The notes under the pieces are model-generated. The model ran no database searches and was not told the DNA's origin. It was given only the letters and a program-made list of their open reading frames with translations. Source: Saccostrea cucullata (lineage: Eukaryota). From it: a stretch of DNA of 64,000 nucleotides. Every line of letters begins with the position of its first letter. Positions within the stretch are counted from its first letter, which is position 1. Below, one piece after another: positions 24,701 through 38,721 of this stretch. The stretch lies in contig NW_026933337.1 of NCBI RefSeq assembly GCF_032062105.1, forward strand, positions 186,001-250,000, written 5' to 3'. Both the position numbers and the translations under genes were made by a program.

Positions 24701-27700
24701 TCCATTTAAGGCTCAACAACTATGGATGGGGAAAATGTTTTTATCTGTATCATAAATATTTATCAACTATAGCTCACATGGATTTTGCCCCATTTTAAAT
24801 TGTTTTAATTTATATCATATATATTTATCTCAAAGTTATTATACTGGGTAAATTTCCCTGTGTACAGTATTTATATCCAAATTGATGAATTAATGGTACC
24901 TCCTGCTAAAATAAAGAAAGAACAGTCATATGAAGAGAGGTAACTCCCATAAAAGAGTTAACTTTTGCATAAGATTAACAATCCCCCACCCACCCCACCC
25001 ACCCCCAATGTAAGAGGGATAATGTAACATTCACCTTTAAGGACAAACAAAATGCCTATAGGTTTAAAAACCAGTTATCATAATAGTTAAAATGTTTTGA
25101 ATTTACATTTGATTTTTTTGTAGATCACTTGCCCAGATGTCTTTCTTGTTTGGTAATGTTGTTAAAGGAATGAGTGCAGGAGCCAGAGCATTTGAGGTAC
25201 ATTGTGATAAAAGTAGTATCATATCAGTAGATTGTGATTACTTTGTAAAGACACATCTTTGAAACATGAATAAAAAAACTGCAGGAAAAAAATATTTAAT
25301 ATTACTAAATTCAACAGTTTATTAATCATCAACCAAAGATTCCAATACAAGGAGGAAAGACCATCCCGTACTACTCTATGCATGGTAATGTGGAATTTGA
25401 ACATGTCAACTTTTCCTATCCAACACGAGCAGAACAGGTAAATAGTAGAAGTGGTCAACATTTGCTTTATGATCTGATGTAGTTACAATTATATATTTTA
25501 TTTCTCTTTTACTTCTGCACACATCAGTATATCCTGCTAATGCCAATATACACTGACAATTTAAGGAGGCTTCAGCAAAATTGACCATTTATATGACCAT
25601 CATATCATCACCAGGAATTGGTTCTGGATCCCTCCTGATTAATATATATTGACTTTGCTTACCTTTAACCTCTCTTTTTAAAGTAATTTAGCTGTAATAA
25701 TCTATATAAATACTTCTATTTTTAATACATTAAAGTGAGTACAGCTAAGTATATATGGCAACAAGCTGTAATGATAGAATTTTTCTTTATTTACAATATT
25801 TTTTACCTTCTAAATTTCAGAAAGTTTTAAAGGACTTTTGTCTTAAAATCCCCAAAGGAAGTGTGGTGGCTTTAGTTGGACTCTCTGGAGGAGGTAATAT
25901 CAGCGTTAATATTGAGTTATCTTTCTTTGTACACCTGTCACATTTTCTCGTGTTTTCTTATGTAACTTTATTTTTTAGGTAAATCAACTGTGGCGGCTCT
26001 GCTGGAGAGGTTTTATGACATTGAGAGCGGGAAAATCAGTATAGACGGAGTGGATTTACGGGAACTGGACCCCTCATGGCTACGCGGGAAAGCTATTGGC
26101 TTTATCAATCAGGTACAGTGATTCTTTACTTAGCAATTATAGATTGAAGGATCATACAGTATATCAGATCTGTAATTTGTTCAGTTTGAAACTTTAGCAT
26201 ACTCTCTGTTTTGACATGCCATATACATGTAACAGGATTTATTTTTGTACAAATTTGATGTCAACTTCCTGTTTATCCTGCATCTGTGCATAGCAAATAT
26301 TTTCATCACAGTTTTCTAAGCAAGTACATTTTTCCTTAACTGAACTTGTGTATATTTATAATTACATGAGAGCATATATTCACATCACAGTGGGGGGTAT
26401 TGCTAGTGAGCAATGGCTCACAGACTTCTTGTTTGTTTAAAGATTTGAGCTGTTTAGTCTTTTTTGGCAGTTTGAATCAAAATTCTAAATCATGTAGATT
26501 TTTATAATTTTAAACTTGAAAAATTCTTGTTTGTTTAAAGATTTGAGCTGTTGAGTCCTTTTTGGCAGTTTGAATCAAAATTCTGAATCATGTAGATTTT
26601 TATAAATGTAGACTTGATAAATTCTGGACAAGCCTCTTCCAAAAAATCAAAATCAAAATTTTATCAAAACTTCTTTATAGAAGAAGTTCCTGACATATGA
26701 AAAATATTTTTTGGTTGTTTTATTGAAGAATGACAGGAATTTGATTTGTCTAATGGTAATGGTGTCCTAAAACTGTGTCAATTGCTCAAATACATGAATG
26801 AATTAGAGTCACTGCATTGAGAAATTGCTTCTCAAAAATATATAGGTACTACTAACTTAAGGTTGTAATGGGTGTAGGGATATTATGGATGAACAATTTT
26901 ATGTGAATTTCTGCCGATTTTAAATGATTTATTTGGTATTATCAGCATATCGGTATGTGTATATACCATGCTGTCCCAGGCTGACATAGGCTCTAAGTTA
27001 TGTCTTCATAATAGAAGCAGATCTTATCTGGTTTAGAATAATTTTTGTAAACACCAATTATTTTGTCATCCATTATAATTCAATATTTAAAAAGTTTCCA
27101 CTTAAAGGAGATATTTAATAGAGCATTGTAACCAAGTATTTTATTGGTTGATATTTACAAATGTATATATCATTATGAACTATCCAATCAATAGACAGAT
27201 TGTCTATTTCTAGCCAGATTATAGGTTATAGTAATCTGATAAGATCTGCCTGCAGGAATGTCGATAAGTACCCAGTTAGATGATTTATAACTAATTATCT
27301 GCCATTTTCAATTATCCCAAGATTAATCATCAGAATGTTCTACGAAATATTAAAATATATTGCGAAAATTGTTCACAAACTTTTTGCACTGACATATAAC
27401 AAAAATATATTAAAGTGCAGTACACTCCTAGGTTCATCAATATACTTGAATTTTGTTAGTCATATTTTGTTCATGAAAACCTATTGTTCACTAATCAAAT
27501 TGATTTTGAATTACCATATCTTTAATGAATTCCAAATCTTTATAAAAATCCTTACAATTAAAGATACATAGTGGGATCTAAAATTCTTCTACCAGTAAAG
27601 CCCCTTTCTTTATTCCTCATGCAAAGTTTAACAGCAGTGAGGAGAAACTTTAACAGGAGATATAGTAACAATATTGTAGAAGTGCTGTTATTCAAATCCA

Positions 27701-30700
27701 AATACTTAAAAGCCATACTTTGTAACAACTTTAATTCTAGACTTATATACATATATGTACATGAAGAAGCTGTAAATTGAAAAGTCTTCAAACCTGCTGT
27801 GGTTTAAGTATTGATGGCATAAACATGCATGCCTTATGTGCATGATAGAAAACAACTATTGCATCTGTTACCTTGAAAACAGTTAGATGCAATAATTTTT
27901 AGTGTTCACCTGAATGGTGTTAGAGGGAGCTTAGATGGATACCCTCAGTGTTGTTAATGGTGTCAACATCAGTGTCGGTGTCGGCGTCCCAGGTTAAAGT
28001 TTTTGGTTCAGTTTTCTTTTAAAGTACTTCTATGCTGTACATTAATCAGAGATGCATGAATGAGGCTTCTAGCATGTTTCATTGTACCAGTCAAGGTTAG
28101 AGATGCCATTTTTAGCAAAGGAATGACCAAGTTAATGTGTTTAGAGCAGGTTAAAGTTTTTGAAGCAGGTCAGTTTCCAAGTAACTATAAACCATATGTT
28201 GACTACATTTGCATGGCTGATACATTTAAGGGTGCACACTGCCAAGCTTGCTTTAAATGCTGGATCTGATCTACCTGAATGAGTGACCAAATTTAACTTT
28301 TTTGAACAGGTTCATTCTAAAGTAACTATTGGCCATGCATTGCCGAATCTTGCATAGATGGTACATCTAAAGGTGTGGTCACAGATACGACACACTCGAC
28401 CTATAAAATAGTCGATTGGTCGGGTGGTTCCAATTTGAGTTCGATTTTCAAACGATTTTCAGCAAGAAATGAACAGGTACTTGTTATAACTTTTAAGATA
28501 GAAGTACATATATTTCTGTACAAAGATTTGAATTTTTCAAAATAAATTTTACCCCATTATGACGTTGATGTTGACATAGTGTACACAGTACACTACGTCA
28601 ATGATCACTCAAAAGTAGATGTGTACTTTCTACTTCGCCAAAAAAAAAAAAAAAAAAAAAAAAATCTGCAATATATTTTGGTCTACCAACAAAGGTGAAA
28701 TAATTTGGATCACAAAAGTAAACTTTGTATGATAGGCTAACCGTTGATGAAAAAAGAATAAATGAATAGGCGAGAAACAGTTTATAAAACGCTCTTCAAG
28801 AGCTGATAAAAGCGGAACAAAATTAATATTGTGTAGTCACTTAAAGGATAGACTTTTTTTATTATATAATTAAAAATAATAATTCTTTTTCAAAGTATAA
28901 ATTCTACTGAGAGTATGTGAATTAATTGATTATTGAAACGTTTTAAGGAAATTACTGTTGATTATTGTAGAAAAAATTGTGTTAGAGAAATAGGAGTTCC
29001 CCTTCCCCTCCCAAATCATTGACATCGGAAGCAAATTGAAAGGGGCTGGACTAAGTGCAAGAGAAAGTAAACAAACTTACAAGCAAAACTTTGTCAACAA
29101 GCAAAAATATGTGTCCATTGGTCAAATTCGAAAACCATATTTTTTGAAATTTGTCTGTAGTACCATTTTTTTACAAACACTAGGCCTACCTCTTACGTAA
29201 AATTCAACTTGCGTCTTGAGGGGGGGGGGGGGCTAAACCTACACCCCAATATATAAATGTTTAATGCCTATATTATGTCTATCTTTCTTTTTAAAAAGTG
29301 GGAGAGGGGGGCTAATTCCTCCAGGTTCTGACGCCTATACAAATAATACCATCACTTAGTTAAATGTACGTGTAATACGTTGTATTCGTATGTATTTTAA
29401 TTAAAGCGTTCGCCCTCAAGAGATTAGTAACTTTTTTAAGATTTATATAAAAATAATTCGTTTATTTATTTTAAACTTGTAACATACAGAATGAAGTTGT
29501 CACTTGGGGTTTCTCCTTAATAATTGCTTTGTTTTGTAGATACCGGTAGTAATTAACAGCGATATAAGAAATGCCTGAAAGATCTTAATTTTAATCAGTA
29601 ACATGTACAGTGTATCCTAATTTTAAAATAACCCATTTTTGATAATATTCACGAATTGAATGAAGTGTAATCTATTAAATTCAGCTCTTAAATTATCAAA
29701 AAAAAAAAAAAAAAATATTTGTGATAAATCAGATAAATCATAAATGCATAATAAAGACCCCCTTGCAAACTTCGGTTGAAAAAAAATGCATATTCTGGTA
29801 ATTTTTTCTTTTCCACAGAATGTTTTTGGGTTTAGGAGTTTTCTTTTTATTTCATTACACAGGTGTATTTATATATAAAAAGTTAAAAACTGTTATTATT
29901 TTGCATGTTTTATTTTAATTTCGTGTCGCGGGAAATGTCATTGTGACGTCACGACAGAAAGTGGATTACGGCCATCCTTCCAAACGACTTTCAGACTTAA
30001 ATATGGCGGTAAGATTTTGTCGAAAGCAAATCTCGGAAGGTAAATCGTATTGTGTTTAAGTACACACTACCTATAAAATAAGGCTTATTTGAGCTTGCTC
30101 ACATTACCTATAGTTCCATTTGAATTTTTGAAATAAAAAAGAAAATGGCTATGATGCAAGTGTGTTTATGTATTTTGGAGGGATACAAGTATATTAATTT
30201 GAAGAAAAAAAGAAACTTGTCCATTGGATTGGAATAATGCAATTGTGCAGAATACCTCACTTATTATTTGTATTTGCATAAACGTGTGGCTACTTGTCTT
30301 TTATGACACACAATTACAATAAAATGCTATGCATGTCAATTTTTGAAATTTGTCTGTACATGAAAATTCCCCTCTGGAGAATTTAAAGAAGCATAATTAT
30401 TACATTTAAATTTAATCATTTTTAGGTCACCTGAGTAAACTCAGGTGACCTATTGCTATCTGTTTTCGTCCGTCGTCGTGCGTCGTCTGTCGTGCATTAA
30501 CATATTTCACAAGAACATTTCAACCAAATTTGGCACAAAGCATCTATGGGTGAAGGGGAACAAAAATTGTGAATTTTATGCTGGCCTGTGTTCAATTAAA
30601 AATCTTCTTCTTTAGACATGTCAAACTGTTTTGATTGTAATGTGTTTACCAAAATTGTGAAATTCATGTGGGTGTGTTGAAAATGCATTATTTCATCTTC

Positions 30701-33700
30701 TTCATGCAAGGTATTAAATATACAACTACATAGTTATGATGAGCAAGAGTGCCTCTACCAAAATTGTGAATTTTTGGCCCCAGGGTCAGGGGTTCTGGTG
30801 TAAGGGCCCTATTGATTATATGTGAAAATACATAATTCTTTGAAAATCTTCTTCTCTGGATTAACTTTGCAATTTCTTCAAGTTTTAGATGATTATATAG
30901 TGAAATGCATGTATTCTTTGAACATCTTATCCTTTGCTCCTGGTTAATATACATGATTAATTAATATAAGGGCATTAACATTTTCAAAACAAGGTTTTGA
31001 ATTTTCAGAAAAAAATAAAACAAATGATAAAATTTAAAAAATGATGACAAATTTTAACCTCGCACTTCCGGTTTTAATGTATGAAACGGCGGGTAAATCT
31101 ACTGGGATGGTTTAGTGTAAAATTCATCAATTACGAGTGCCATTCAAAACGTTTCGCCCTTCAAAGGACAAAATGCTAGGTTGACTTTGTTAAAATTTGT
31201 ATTCGTTTCAAAAGTATTATTTTTCAGGTTTTAAACTTTCTATTGCATATTGCCAGCGACATTGTTTAGGTCTCTGTTATAGCTTACCTAAGCACATCAG
31301 AAAAGGGTTGCTTTATAGATGTAATGAATAAAACTATGGGAGAAGAGAAGAAGAAATATAACCTGAAGTGTTCAACTATTAAAAGGCAAGAATATACAAA
31401 TACATACAGGCATGTAGTATCATTTGTATAAGCCAGAAAAATTATTTTACACTTAACTTAATTGAAAAAATGTTTATCCAATAACAATACACCCTGTCTG
31501 TTTTATGATAGGAATATTATAATTTTAGGCAACAAGTAATGTCTATACATTTACCTAACACATATTTAAAAAATCAGATATATTGAAAGACTTTTAAAGA
31601 ATTGATTTTTTAAAATATATTTTAAACATCACAAAATTTAAATATAACTTTGTTAAGCAATTAAATGTTCTACTTTCCTATTTGTCAAGTGTCAGTGGTG
31701 GACCAAAATGGTTAAGAAAAGAATGTACAAATGTTAATAATTGATTTATCAAAATTTTTTTTTTATCCTCACCCAATTCCTAAACTTTAAAAAAATAATG
31801 AAGAAAGGCCTCTTTCAAAATAGATAAACCCACATGTAAAATAAATTAATGCTTTGAAATCTGTTGATAAGCAATTGTGCCTCCTTCAAAATTTGTGAAT
31901 TTCATGATTATTAACAAATACAATCCTGGAAAGTTGTTACATTTGTGACCTATAAGGCCCGTGGGCCTCTTGTTAAAGTATATAGTATTGTGAGGTTGAC
32001 TGTATTTTTTAACATGTACTTTAAAATTTGATTGTTGATATATGGATACATACCACTTTAATTCAGTCAAGAGGCATGGTGATATTAAATATTACTCCAT
32101 ATTTTTAAAATTCCATTCATAATGACCCCCCCCCCCCAAAAAAAAATCAAAATTATTCTAAAGTTGATTACATTTATTAAGATGCAAGACTTTGTTAAAT
32201 ATTCTGGTACTGGATTAGTCACCTTTTTCAGATAAATATGCTTTGTGCACTGTAAAATGATTTGTCACCTACATGTACAAATTCATTCACCTGAGAAAAG
32301 CCATTTACCCCCAATGAAGCAACTAATGTATATTTTTACTATATCCTTTTTCTGTAGACCATATATTAGGTCCAAAATAGATTTGTGTGCCAGGCAAGGA
32401 TATGCGAGGTCATAAATATTTCACAAGAACATTAGGTTTTTCCCACTTGGAAATTATGCTGGCCTGTGTTCATTAAGAATGTATGTTTTGTTGTGTTTAT
32501 TCATTTATGTGGGTGTGTTTTACACATGCAAGGCATATACCTACATAGAACGACTCTTTCATCAAGGCCCCAGTTGGGAAAATTAATTTACTACCTATTA
32601 ACTTTGCAATTTCTTCAAGAGATGTAGTAGGCTCAAGCTGATTATCTGGGAACAAAATATAAATCAACATTTTCAAAACAATATGATTAATTCAGCATAA
32701 TGATAATGAATAAAAAATGATGAAAAATTTTAACCTATACAAGTAGCCTACTGGGATTAATTTGTCAATTTTGCTTCAAAACATCCCTCTTCAAAACAAA
32801 AGCTAGGTTGACTTTTAAAATTTGTAATGAGTTCAGAATTTCTTTATTAATCCCCAAACATCAGCTTATGCTAATAACTCAAAAGAAGGTATTGTGATCC
32901 AGAAAAGCAGAAATTTAAGGGAAGCGGAAACATACCCATAATTTATCCAATAACAAACACCCTGTCTATTTTAAGATGTCCCATCAGTTAATTTGCTTTT
33001 TAAAAATTTTTTTGTTGAATTAGATGTCAAGGATTGCACCAAAATGGTTGAAGTAGGCAGTGTTATTTTATATTCACCCAAGTCCTTAGGTAAAACCCAC
33101 ACGCTGTTTTTGTTTTTTTGCTCAATTATAACAATTTCCTAGTTTTGTGATAAGTAAAAAAAAATGGTCTTGAGTCAATTAATTTGTGTTTTCAGAGAAA
33201 CCACTCGGTAGAAATAAGAAAACACAAAATGTGGAATGGATACTAACTTCCTTACATAGAATTCAAATATAAGCTTTTGCTACAGCATACTCAAAATCTT
33301 CCTTATTATGGGTGCTATCTCCCTCATTGAGTCATTCCTTTTTTGTAAATTAATATAATTTTTTAATGCTTGACTTAATTAACAGTTTTCATTCAATTGC
33401 AACAAACATGTGACCTGGTGTAAATAAAAGACTTTACAATACACATTTCATTTATATACCAGTAGAGCAACAGTCTCTTCAGAAAGTTCTTATTTGAAAT
33501 TGTGGTTATACTGTAGATCACTTAATTTTTCGCGACACCTTATTTTCGCGAGATAGTCATTGACTCTTTATCAGCGAGACAAAATTTTCACGAATTGTGT
33601 TTGTTGCTCTATATAATCTTAAGGAATTCTATTATTTGCGAGAATGAAATTTTCGTGAGCATACCGTCTTGTGTAATTATGCGAAAATAAAGTTCTCGCG

Positions 33701-36700
33701 AATAAAAAGTGATTTACAGTACATAAAACACGCTTATAAATAACAAAGTGCCAGGGATGGGCAATTTTGCTGCATTTCAAACATTATTTGTAATATATCT
33801 GTTAAGTTTACAACATATTTTAAATTGATTAACTCACTTCCTTATATGCATCAATTTGTTATAAGCTTGTTTGCTACAAGCATATTTTACTGTACATATT
33901 TGATTTTTTTTTTTTGCCTAATATTTCACAGGAACCCGTTTTATTTGCTACTTCTGTGATGGAGAACATTAGATATGGCCGACCTGATGCCACAGATGTG
34001 GAGGTATGGAGCATAGTTATATATCTCATATACTTCTTTAAACAATCTTCTCTTTGGTGCATCTTATAATACCCTGTTCATACTCATAGGTATATTTTAT
34101 TCAAACAAAATTGCTCCATGTTGTTGAACAGTTTGCTCCACGTCATAATCAAATTTGCTCCACATGCAAATGAGTAAATTTGCATACATTTGTACCTTAC
34201 AATTCCATTGAATTTTATCAATTTCCATTAAAATCTAGGTGATAGAGGCAGCCACCCTGGCTAATGCTGACGGTTTTATTCGCTCCTTTCCTGAGGGGTA
34301 CAGTACAGTCCTCGGGGAGAGAGGGGTCACTGTGTCCGGGGGACAGAAACAGAGAATAGCCATAGCCAGGGCACTCATCAAGAATCCCTCCATAATGGTG
34401 CTGGATGAGGCAACAAGGTATTGGACTGTAAATGTTATACTGAAACAATCATTTCTTTTGATATTTATCTCAAAATGGACGTTGAACAACATACAATCAA
34501 TCAATAGATTGATTTTTAGCTCACCTGGAAGGCTCAATTTAGCCACTGGTGAAGGCCTCCTGTTTTCTATTTTCCTTGTTTTCTTCGTAGCTGTTGAAAA
34601 CTTTCTCCATTATTTGTCTTCCTCTCAATGTCCACTAGGTCAATTTTAACAAACTGGGCACAAAGTATCCCTGCATGTGTAAAAGTTATTAATTTTTTTT
34701 TTCAAATGAAGGGCCAAATTTTAGTCCAAAAGGAGATAATTAAGTAATAGTGAAAATTAGGAGCTCATTTAAAAAAAAAATCATCTTCTCTAGAATCACT
34801 GGGCAAGAAATGATGAGTCTTATGAGATATAGCTACAAGACATTGTGTAAAGATTTAAGAGGATGAAGAACACATGGTCACATCACGTCACTCTCTTTAA
34901 CTATTTGTCAGTCTCCATTTATATAAACTCAACATGTGTAAACCATCAGTTCTTGTATAAAGTCTCAACAATTTGTTTTACTTTAACTACCATCTTATAT
35001 CAAAATAAAAAGTTTTAACTATCTTGTAAACATTAGCAAATTACAGAATACTGTAGAAGTACTTCTTTCTGCGTGGTATTAGTTTACGCTATGTACGTGG
35101 TTCACAAATTTTCCATGGAAATTTGTCCATGCGTACTTAATATAAATGTAAGGCATGTAGTGACAATCTGGAAAACCAGCGTAATTTTCTACCCACGGAT
35201 TAAATAGAAATGAGATTCTGAGGAATTTTGAACCCTTGGAAAAAAGTACGTCTACAGTATGTTTGGTTCCATATATTTTCTTTTGATAAATATTTATGAT
35301 ATTACTGAAAAAAAACAAAATCAAATAAGAATGTTTGCAGATGACTAATCCTTGTTTGTTATTGTTGAATGCAACACAGTTAAATGTAGTCTAAGATCAG
35401 AATTTCCCTTACTGCTGACCATAAAAAATAAGGCAGTGGTCTCATCAATGGACCCTAATAAGACCGTAAATTTCAAGTTTACTAGAACTCAATGAGTACA
35501 CTCAAATATTTTTTTTTTTCATTTGGGAACACAATGAATATAATTTCCGAGAAGTCATTGTCACCTATGACTGACATTTCAGTCTAACGGGGGTGGTTGA
35601 AACATATTACATGTACAACAATCTATGAAAAAGCTTGTATAAGACTTAGTATATTGCACACACTAAAAAAGGGATTCCATGTTTAAAATATACCTATCAT
35701 ATGTTCAACCAGTAGTAGAATTTGTACATGTGGTATATTGGAAAGTGTGAAGGTCAAAGCTGCAATAATAATTACTAGCATAAGGTGTAATTCTTTAAAA
35801 TGACTTGGGATGGGAAACTTTAAGTTCAAGAGGTGAAATTTATTAGCTCACACTGATTTATATAATACCCAATAACCTTAACCTTGATTAGATGAATAAT
35901 ATGCTAGAAGGATGTATACTAACTCAGCATAATTATAACTTTTGCAAGCCAAAGTCATATTGAATCATAATTATTAGAACAGTGTTTTACTACAATAGCT
36001 TTATATCATCCACACCTTGTGGAATAATTTACCTGATTACCATGAAAATTCCCTAACATTTCAATTAAAAAAAAAAATAGTAAACTCCACCACTCTGATC
36101 CAGAAATATATATATATACAAATTGTACAATTATGGTAATGGAATTGAAAATATATTACCCCGCTAGTTAAAGTTACATAATGAGTCAGCTTTTTTGTTT
36201 CTTTTTAAAAGATAATTGTACCATAAAGCGAAAGATTTGTGTGAAGTTTGAATAAAGTGAAGTTTTGACAAATAGTCTGCAGTGTATATAACCAAAAAAA
36301 GAACTGCAAAATATAGGTGCGGGAAAAACAATCATGTTTCATCATGTTGTTGTTATCGTTAATGTCAGCATGCAATGTCAAGGTCATGTGCAATTCTCTG
36401 GTTTGATTTGAACATATTTTATTGTCTATAAACTTTACAAATGGTATTGTGCAAAAGTTCTAGAAATTTATAAACCCTTTCCCTATACACATTAATTAAA
36501 CCTGCAAACTTATTTACAAATTAAGATGAGTTTCAACTTCAGGAGGAATGCCACACCAGAATTTTATTTGATAGATTTTTAAGAGATATTATTTTTATAT
36601 AATATGGTTTCAGCATTGAAAGACTAGTACATGTATAAGCTTTCAATTATTGTCGAGTTCAACTATATTTTAATAATATAAATTTCAGTGCTTTGGATGC

Positions 36701-37204
36701 AGAATCAGAGAAGATAGTTCAAGCAGCATTAGATAATATAGTAAAAGGTAATCAAAAGGATTTAAAACATTTTTATTTTATTTTGATATATTCAGCTATA
36801 GTTTTTAATGTTTGTTTTTCTTTATTAAACATTTTTTTCCTTTGATATAGGTAGAACAGTGTTGATTATAGCACACAGACTTAGTACAATCCGTGATGCT
36901 GATATCATAGCTGTCGTATCTAATGGTCAGATTGTGGAAGTAAGTCAAAAGTTTTCTTGGTAAACTTTTATCAAAAATTCAATTTCCTTTAGTTTAATTA
37001 GCATCAGTTATTAACAGTTACGGTACTTTTTACAAGAGAATACTAGCTAATACTTAGTTCCTAAAGCAAAAATGTTGGTGTTCTTTGCAGCAAGGTACCC
37101 ATGATGAGCTAAAAAAGAAGAAGGGGTTGTACTGGGAACTGATTAAAAAGCAGGAATTGGAGGAAGAGATTGAAACCCATCAGTGGGGGAGGCCTGAATT
37201 CTAG
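18791..37204 (+). CDS. ABCB8: Mitochondrial ABC half-transporter ABCB8 (MITOSUR), 18 exons, 700 aa
   Basis: Exons 18791-18831, 21477-21807, 21901-22065, 22418-22563, 22909-22984, 23193-23333, 23941-24026, 24274-24371, 24588-24693, 25124-25196, 25318-25437, 25821-25893, 25979-26112, 33932-34003, 34239-34417, 36689-36747, 36851-36939, 37091-37204; GT-AG, 2103 nt in frame. ABCB8-type [22 protein letters not shown], Walker A GLSGGGKST, Q-loop QEPVLF, signature VSGGQKQR, Walker B VLDEATSALD, H-loop IAHRLST. The basic, acid-poor N-terminus resembles a mitochondrial presequence. Exon 1 is the least certain. Confidence 0.93.
19117..19672. mobile_element. Non-autonomous P-element-like transposon in ABCB8 intron 1
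   Basis: TIR CATAGGCGCTTGGTTTCA / TGAAACCAAGTGCCTATG; 7-bp TSD ATTCAGG. CA..TG termini with a 7-8 bp TSD fit the P superfamily. Confidence 0.75.
19936..20987. mobile_element. Tc1/mariner-derived element (decayed)
   Basis: About 42-bp imperfect TIRs GGAGGGGTTATCAAAAAGTTTGTGAACT.. / ..AGTCCACGAACTTTTTGATAACCCCTTG, flanked by TA. Confidence 0.8.
26426..26624. repeat. 98-bp tandem duplication
   Basis: TTCTTGTTTGTTTAAAGATTTGAGCTGTT...TCATGTAGATTTTTATAA at 26426 and 26524. Confidence 0.9.
29020..29338. mobile_element. MITE of a GGCGTCGGAA/TTCCGACGCC family with G tracts (related copies near 52242-52395 and 54000-54282)
   Basis: TGACATCGGAAGCAAATTGAA ... GGTTCTGACGCCTA; similar termini recur in the other two copies. 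Confidence 0.5.
30420..31974 (+). mobile_element. HINE-like element whose interior is interleaved with other sequence
   Basis: 5' hairpin TAGGTCACCTGAGTAAACTCAGGTGACCTA, (GTC)n microsatellite, 3' GTGACC..AGGCCCGTGGGCCT hairpin then CTTGTT. Confidence 0.7.
33511..33719. mobile_element. TA-TSD MITE
   Basis: TA|CTGTAGATCACTT ... AAGTGATTTACAG|TA; related to 13994-14218. Confidence 0.8.
35051..35257. mobile_element. TA-TSD MITE
   Basis: TA|CTGTAGAAGTACTT ... AAGTACGTCTACAG|TA. Confidence 0.75.
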
Positions 37205-38484
37205 ACAGATTGGGGGAGGAGTGGGGGAGGCCAGAATTCTAGACAGATTGATTGGTATTCACACCACACATGACAGAAATCACCCACATATATTTTAATG
37301 GCTGAATACACATTAATATTAAGATACCTGTATTTGTTGAATGTGCCAAATAAAGTCACAGTGGGAGCATATTGATTAGAATTATTTTTTTCTTTGCTTT
37401 ATAGATAAATAACAAACTTTTCTCCCTATAAATCAGCAAAATAATTTGATCTATATTTATATTTAAAAAAAAAAAAACAGAATTATGAGCAATCTGAGTG
37501 ATCCTGTAGTTGTAATTAAGTGTTTATTTTTAATCAAGATTTGGAGCAATTAATATTCATGATTTGGGCTGCTATGATATGCATTTATGATAAGAGTGGG
37601 CTGTATGTATCACTGTTTTAATTAAAATATACTGAGATATTAATGTTATATAATATTAATATGTAATTCCCCTTAACTGTTTTTCTTTAAATTTGCTGGT
37701 GGGTGTAATACAAATTGTAGAATAATTTTGATCTTCAACACTCCCCAATACATGTAAATAATAATAATAAAAAAATAGGACAGGATCATACTGTGAAAAT
37801 TAATTATCTAAATTTTAAGTACTGAGTGTGAAATGCTCTTTATGAATTTATTTATCATATTAAATATGTACATGCTTGAAACAGTTCATTTTCATGCTTG
37901 GAAAGGTATACTATGTATACTTATATGAAATAAATGTTCTAGTACATGATGCAGGTAATTTTATTATGGTGAAGATATATCTATACAGTGTGTAAAATGA
38001 TGGTAAGAGAGAGGTCTGTCTTTGCTTACATATCTTTTTTTTTACTTATATATACGTGATGAATGTGCACAATACCTGTATTGTATATACCAATGATGGT
38101 AATTTAATTTGCGCATAATTTAATGTTTTCAATAAATGATTTTAAAAAATGAACTTTTATATTCTTTATCCTTTGACCATTAACCATTATGCGGAAGTGG
38201 GATTTGAGCTTAAAGTCAGTTACATGTATATTAGCATGCTTTAATAATGCTACAAACGTGTATTCGTGATCATCTACTTTTTACCGCAATAGAATGAAAA
38301 ATGCCATCTAATTTGAATCATCTTAAATAGTAAACTATTAAACATTATAAAAGGTTACTGAAAAGTTGTGTGCACAAATGTTTCGTATTAAAGCCACGTG
38401 TGTCATGATTGTAAACTACATAAACATGTAGTACTATCAACATTAAATACGAGAATGACTCAAGAATATTGGTAGTGCTAGTAG

Positions 38485-38538
<54 letters not shown>

Positions 38539-38660
38539 TTGTTGTCTGTCGTTGTCGTTGTTGTCGTTGTCGTCGTCGTCATCTGCGTAAAATTTTCACA
38601 TTTTCATCTTCTTGTCAAGAACCACTGGGCCAAATTTAACCAAACTTGGCAAAAAGTATC

Positions 38661-38721
<61 letters not shown>

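Noticed and set aside
28370-30080. A single 1.7-kb TIR transposon
   Set aside because: The interior looks TE-derived, but the ends pair only weakly, there is no TSD, and the region may be affected by consensus noise.
34418-34649. C-terminal part of ORF 34239-34649 as coding
   Set aside because: Read-through into an intron past the GT donor at 34418; ABC motifs continue at 36689.
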